Assembly: GCA_030672375.1 (NCBI GenBank) | Contig: DAOVGP010000010.1 | Span: forward strand, 1-36,201 | DNA length: 36,201 bases | Direction of reading: 5' to 3' | Origin: Candidatus Aenigmatarchaeota archaeon | GTDB lineage: Archaea > Aenigmatarchaeota > Aenigmatarchaeia > CG10238-14 | In this document: positions 35,384 through 36,201 of the stretch, piece by piece | Numbering within the stretch: position 1 is the stretch's first letter | Layout of the letters: each line of letters opens with the position of its first letter | Position numbers and translations under genes: made by a program | Notes under the pieces: model-generated | The model's database searches: none | Told to the model about the DNA's origin: nothing | The model's input: the letters and a program-made list of their open reading frames with translations, nothing else

Positions 35384-36201
35384 ATGCCCAAAAATTACAA
35401 AAAGGTTTTGAAAAAAGTATTGAAACAAATTAAACCTAGTCCTAAGGAAAAAAAGAAATTGGAGAAGTTGAGCAAAAAAACTTTAAAAATTGCAAGTAAA
35501 GTAGCGAAGGAATATAACGCCAAAGCTATAATTGCGGGTTCTCTGACAAGAAACACTTGGTTACCAAATAAGAATGAATTCGATATTTTCATCATATTCC
35601 CAAAAGCCATATCTGAAAAAAAATTGGAACAATTAGGCCTTAAACTGGGAAAGAGTATAATCAAAAAATTGAATGGTAAGTCGAGAATTGAGTATGCACA
35701 ACATCCTTATGTCAGGGGGAAAGTAAATGATATTCAAATAGACATTGTTCCTTGTTATAAAGTCGAAAGTGGAGAAAAAATCAAATCTGCTGTTGATAGA
35801 ACTCCTTTTCATGTCGAATACTTGAACAAGAATTTACCTAAAAAATTGTCGAACGATGTTAGGTTATTGAAGCAATTATGTAACGGGAATAAAATCTACG
35901 GAGCAGACACAAAGACAGAGGGGTTTTCGGGTTATGTATGTGAACTTTTGGTAATAAAATACAGAAGTTTTATCAATGTCTTAAAAAATGTTGTAAAATG
36001 GAAACCAGGTGAGATTGTTGATATTGAAAAATACTTCGATAAAAGGGATTATCAAAAATTAAGAAAAAAATTCAAAAGACAAGTTTTGATTTTAATAGAT
36101 CCTCCGGATAAGAATAGCAATGCGGCTGCTGCTATATCAGCAACTAGTTTTTACACATTGAAAAAAATAGCGAATGTTTTTTTAGCCGATCCTTCTGATG
36201 A
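35384..36201 (+). CDS. cca: CCA-adding enzyme (archaeal class I tRNA nucleotidyltransferase), truncated by the window end
   Basis: The frame is open from the ATG at 35384 to the end of the window, and it is missing from the ORF track because it has no stop. AGSLTRNTWLPNKNEFDIFIIFP, DIVPCY, DRTPFHVEYL and GFSGYVCELLV are hallmark archaeal Cca motifs. Confidence 0.88.
   Translation, partial: MPKNYKKVLKKVLKQIKPSPKEKKKLEKLSKKTLKIASKVAKEYNAKAIIAGSLTRNTWLPNKNEFDIFIIFPKAISEKKLEQLGLKLGKSIIKKLNGKSRIEYAQHPYVRGKVNDIQIDIVPCYKVESGEKIKSAVDRTPFHVEYLNKNLPKKLSNDVRLLKQLCNGNKIYGADTKTEGFSGYVCELLVIKYRSFINVLKNVVKWKPGEIVDIEKYFDKRDYQKLRKKFKRQVLILIDPPDKNSNAAAAISATSFYTLKKIANVFLADPSD

Noticed and set aside
35395-35664. 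89-aa minus-strand ORF
   Set aside because: It is antisense to the clearly recognisable CCA-adding enzyme reading frame, which is open to the window end and therefore missing from the track.
1-36201. CRISPR arrays, transposases, integrases, toxin-antitoxin or other defence-island signatures
   Set aside because: I saw no direct-repeat/spacer periodicity, no terminal inverted repeats flanking genes, and no ORF with recognisable nuclease, integrase or transposase motifs. The 10-kb insertion between tuf and rps10 looks metabolic and shows no mobile-element hallmarks.

Overview
AT-rich, tightly packed archaeal chromosome segment (roughly one-third G+C by eye; short or overlapping gene junctions; RNA polymerase B split into B''/B'). 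This points to an uncultivated small-genome archaeon, possibly DPANN-like, but that placement is only inference. The backbone on the minus strand is the conserved archaeal transcription/translation supercluster: rpoH, rpoB'', rpoB'/rpoA', rpoA'', rpl30e, nusA, rps12, rps7, EF-2, EF-1alpha, then rps10. It departs from the usual layout in four ways. (1) RpoB' and RpoA' are one continuous 1441-aa ORF. (2) About 10 kb of SAM-by-product/nucleoside-salvage genes sit between tuf and rps10: MtnA-type isomerase, class I and class II aldolases, Zn-ADH, MTA phosphorylase, purine PRTase, an APH-fold kinase, an IMPase/FBPase-fold phosphatase, a CysC-like kinase, SAH hydrolase and an MFS transporter. (3) Directly upstream of rpoH is a stable-RNA block, tRNA-Tyr, 5S rRNA, tRNA-Asp, and all three genes appear interrupted. 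tRNA-Tyr has a canonical 43-nt intron, tRNA-Asp a roughly 20-nt D-arm intron, and the 5S gene a 23-nt insertion that folds as a bulge-helix-bulge splice motif. (4) The right part of the window is a tRNA-maturation island on the plus strand: tRNA-Gln(UUG), a Trm9-like methyltransferase, an Ncs6/TtuA-type PP-loop thiolase, Elp3 and the CCA-adding enzyme. Together these are the eukaryote-type mcm5s2U34 wobble toolkit next to one of its expected substrates. Also present are DNA ligase, a TrmB-family regulator, archaeal ThrRS, a nitroreductase, a surface/membrane protein and several small ORFans. I found no CRISPR array, transposase, integrase or recognisable defence genes.
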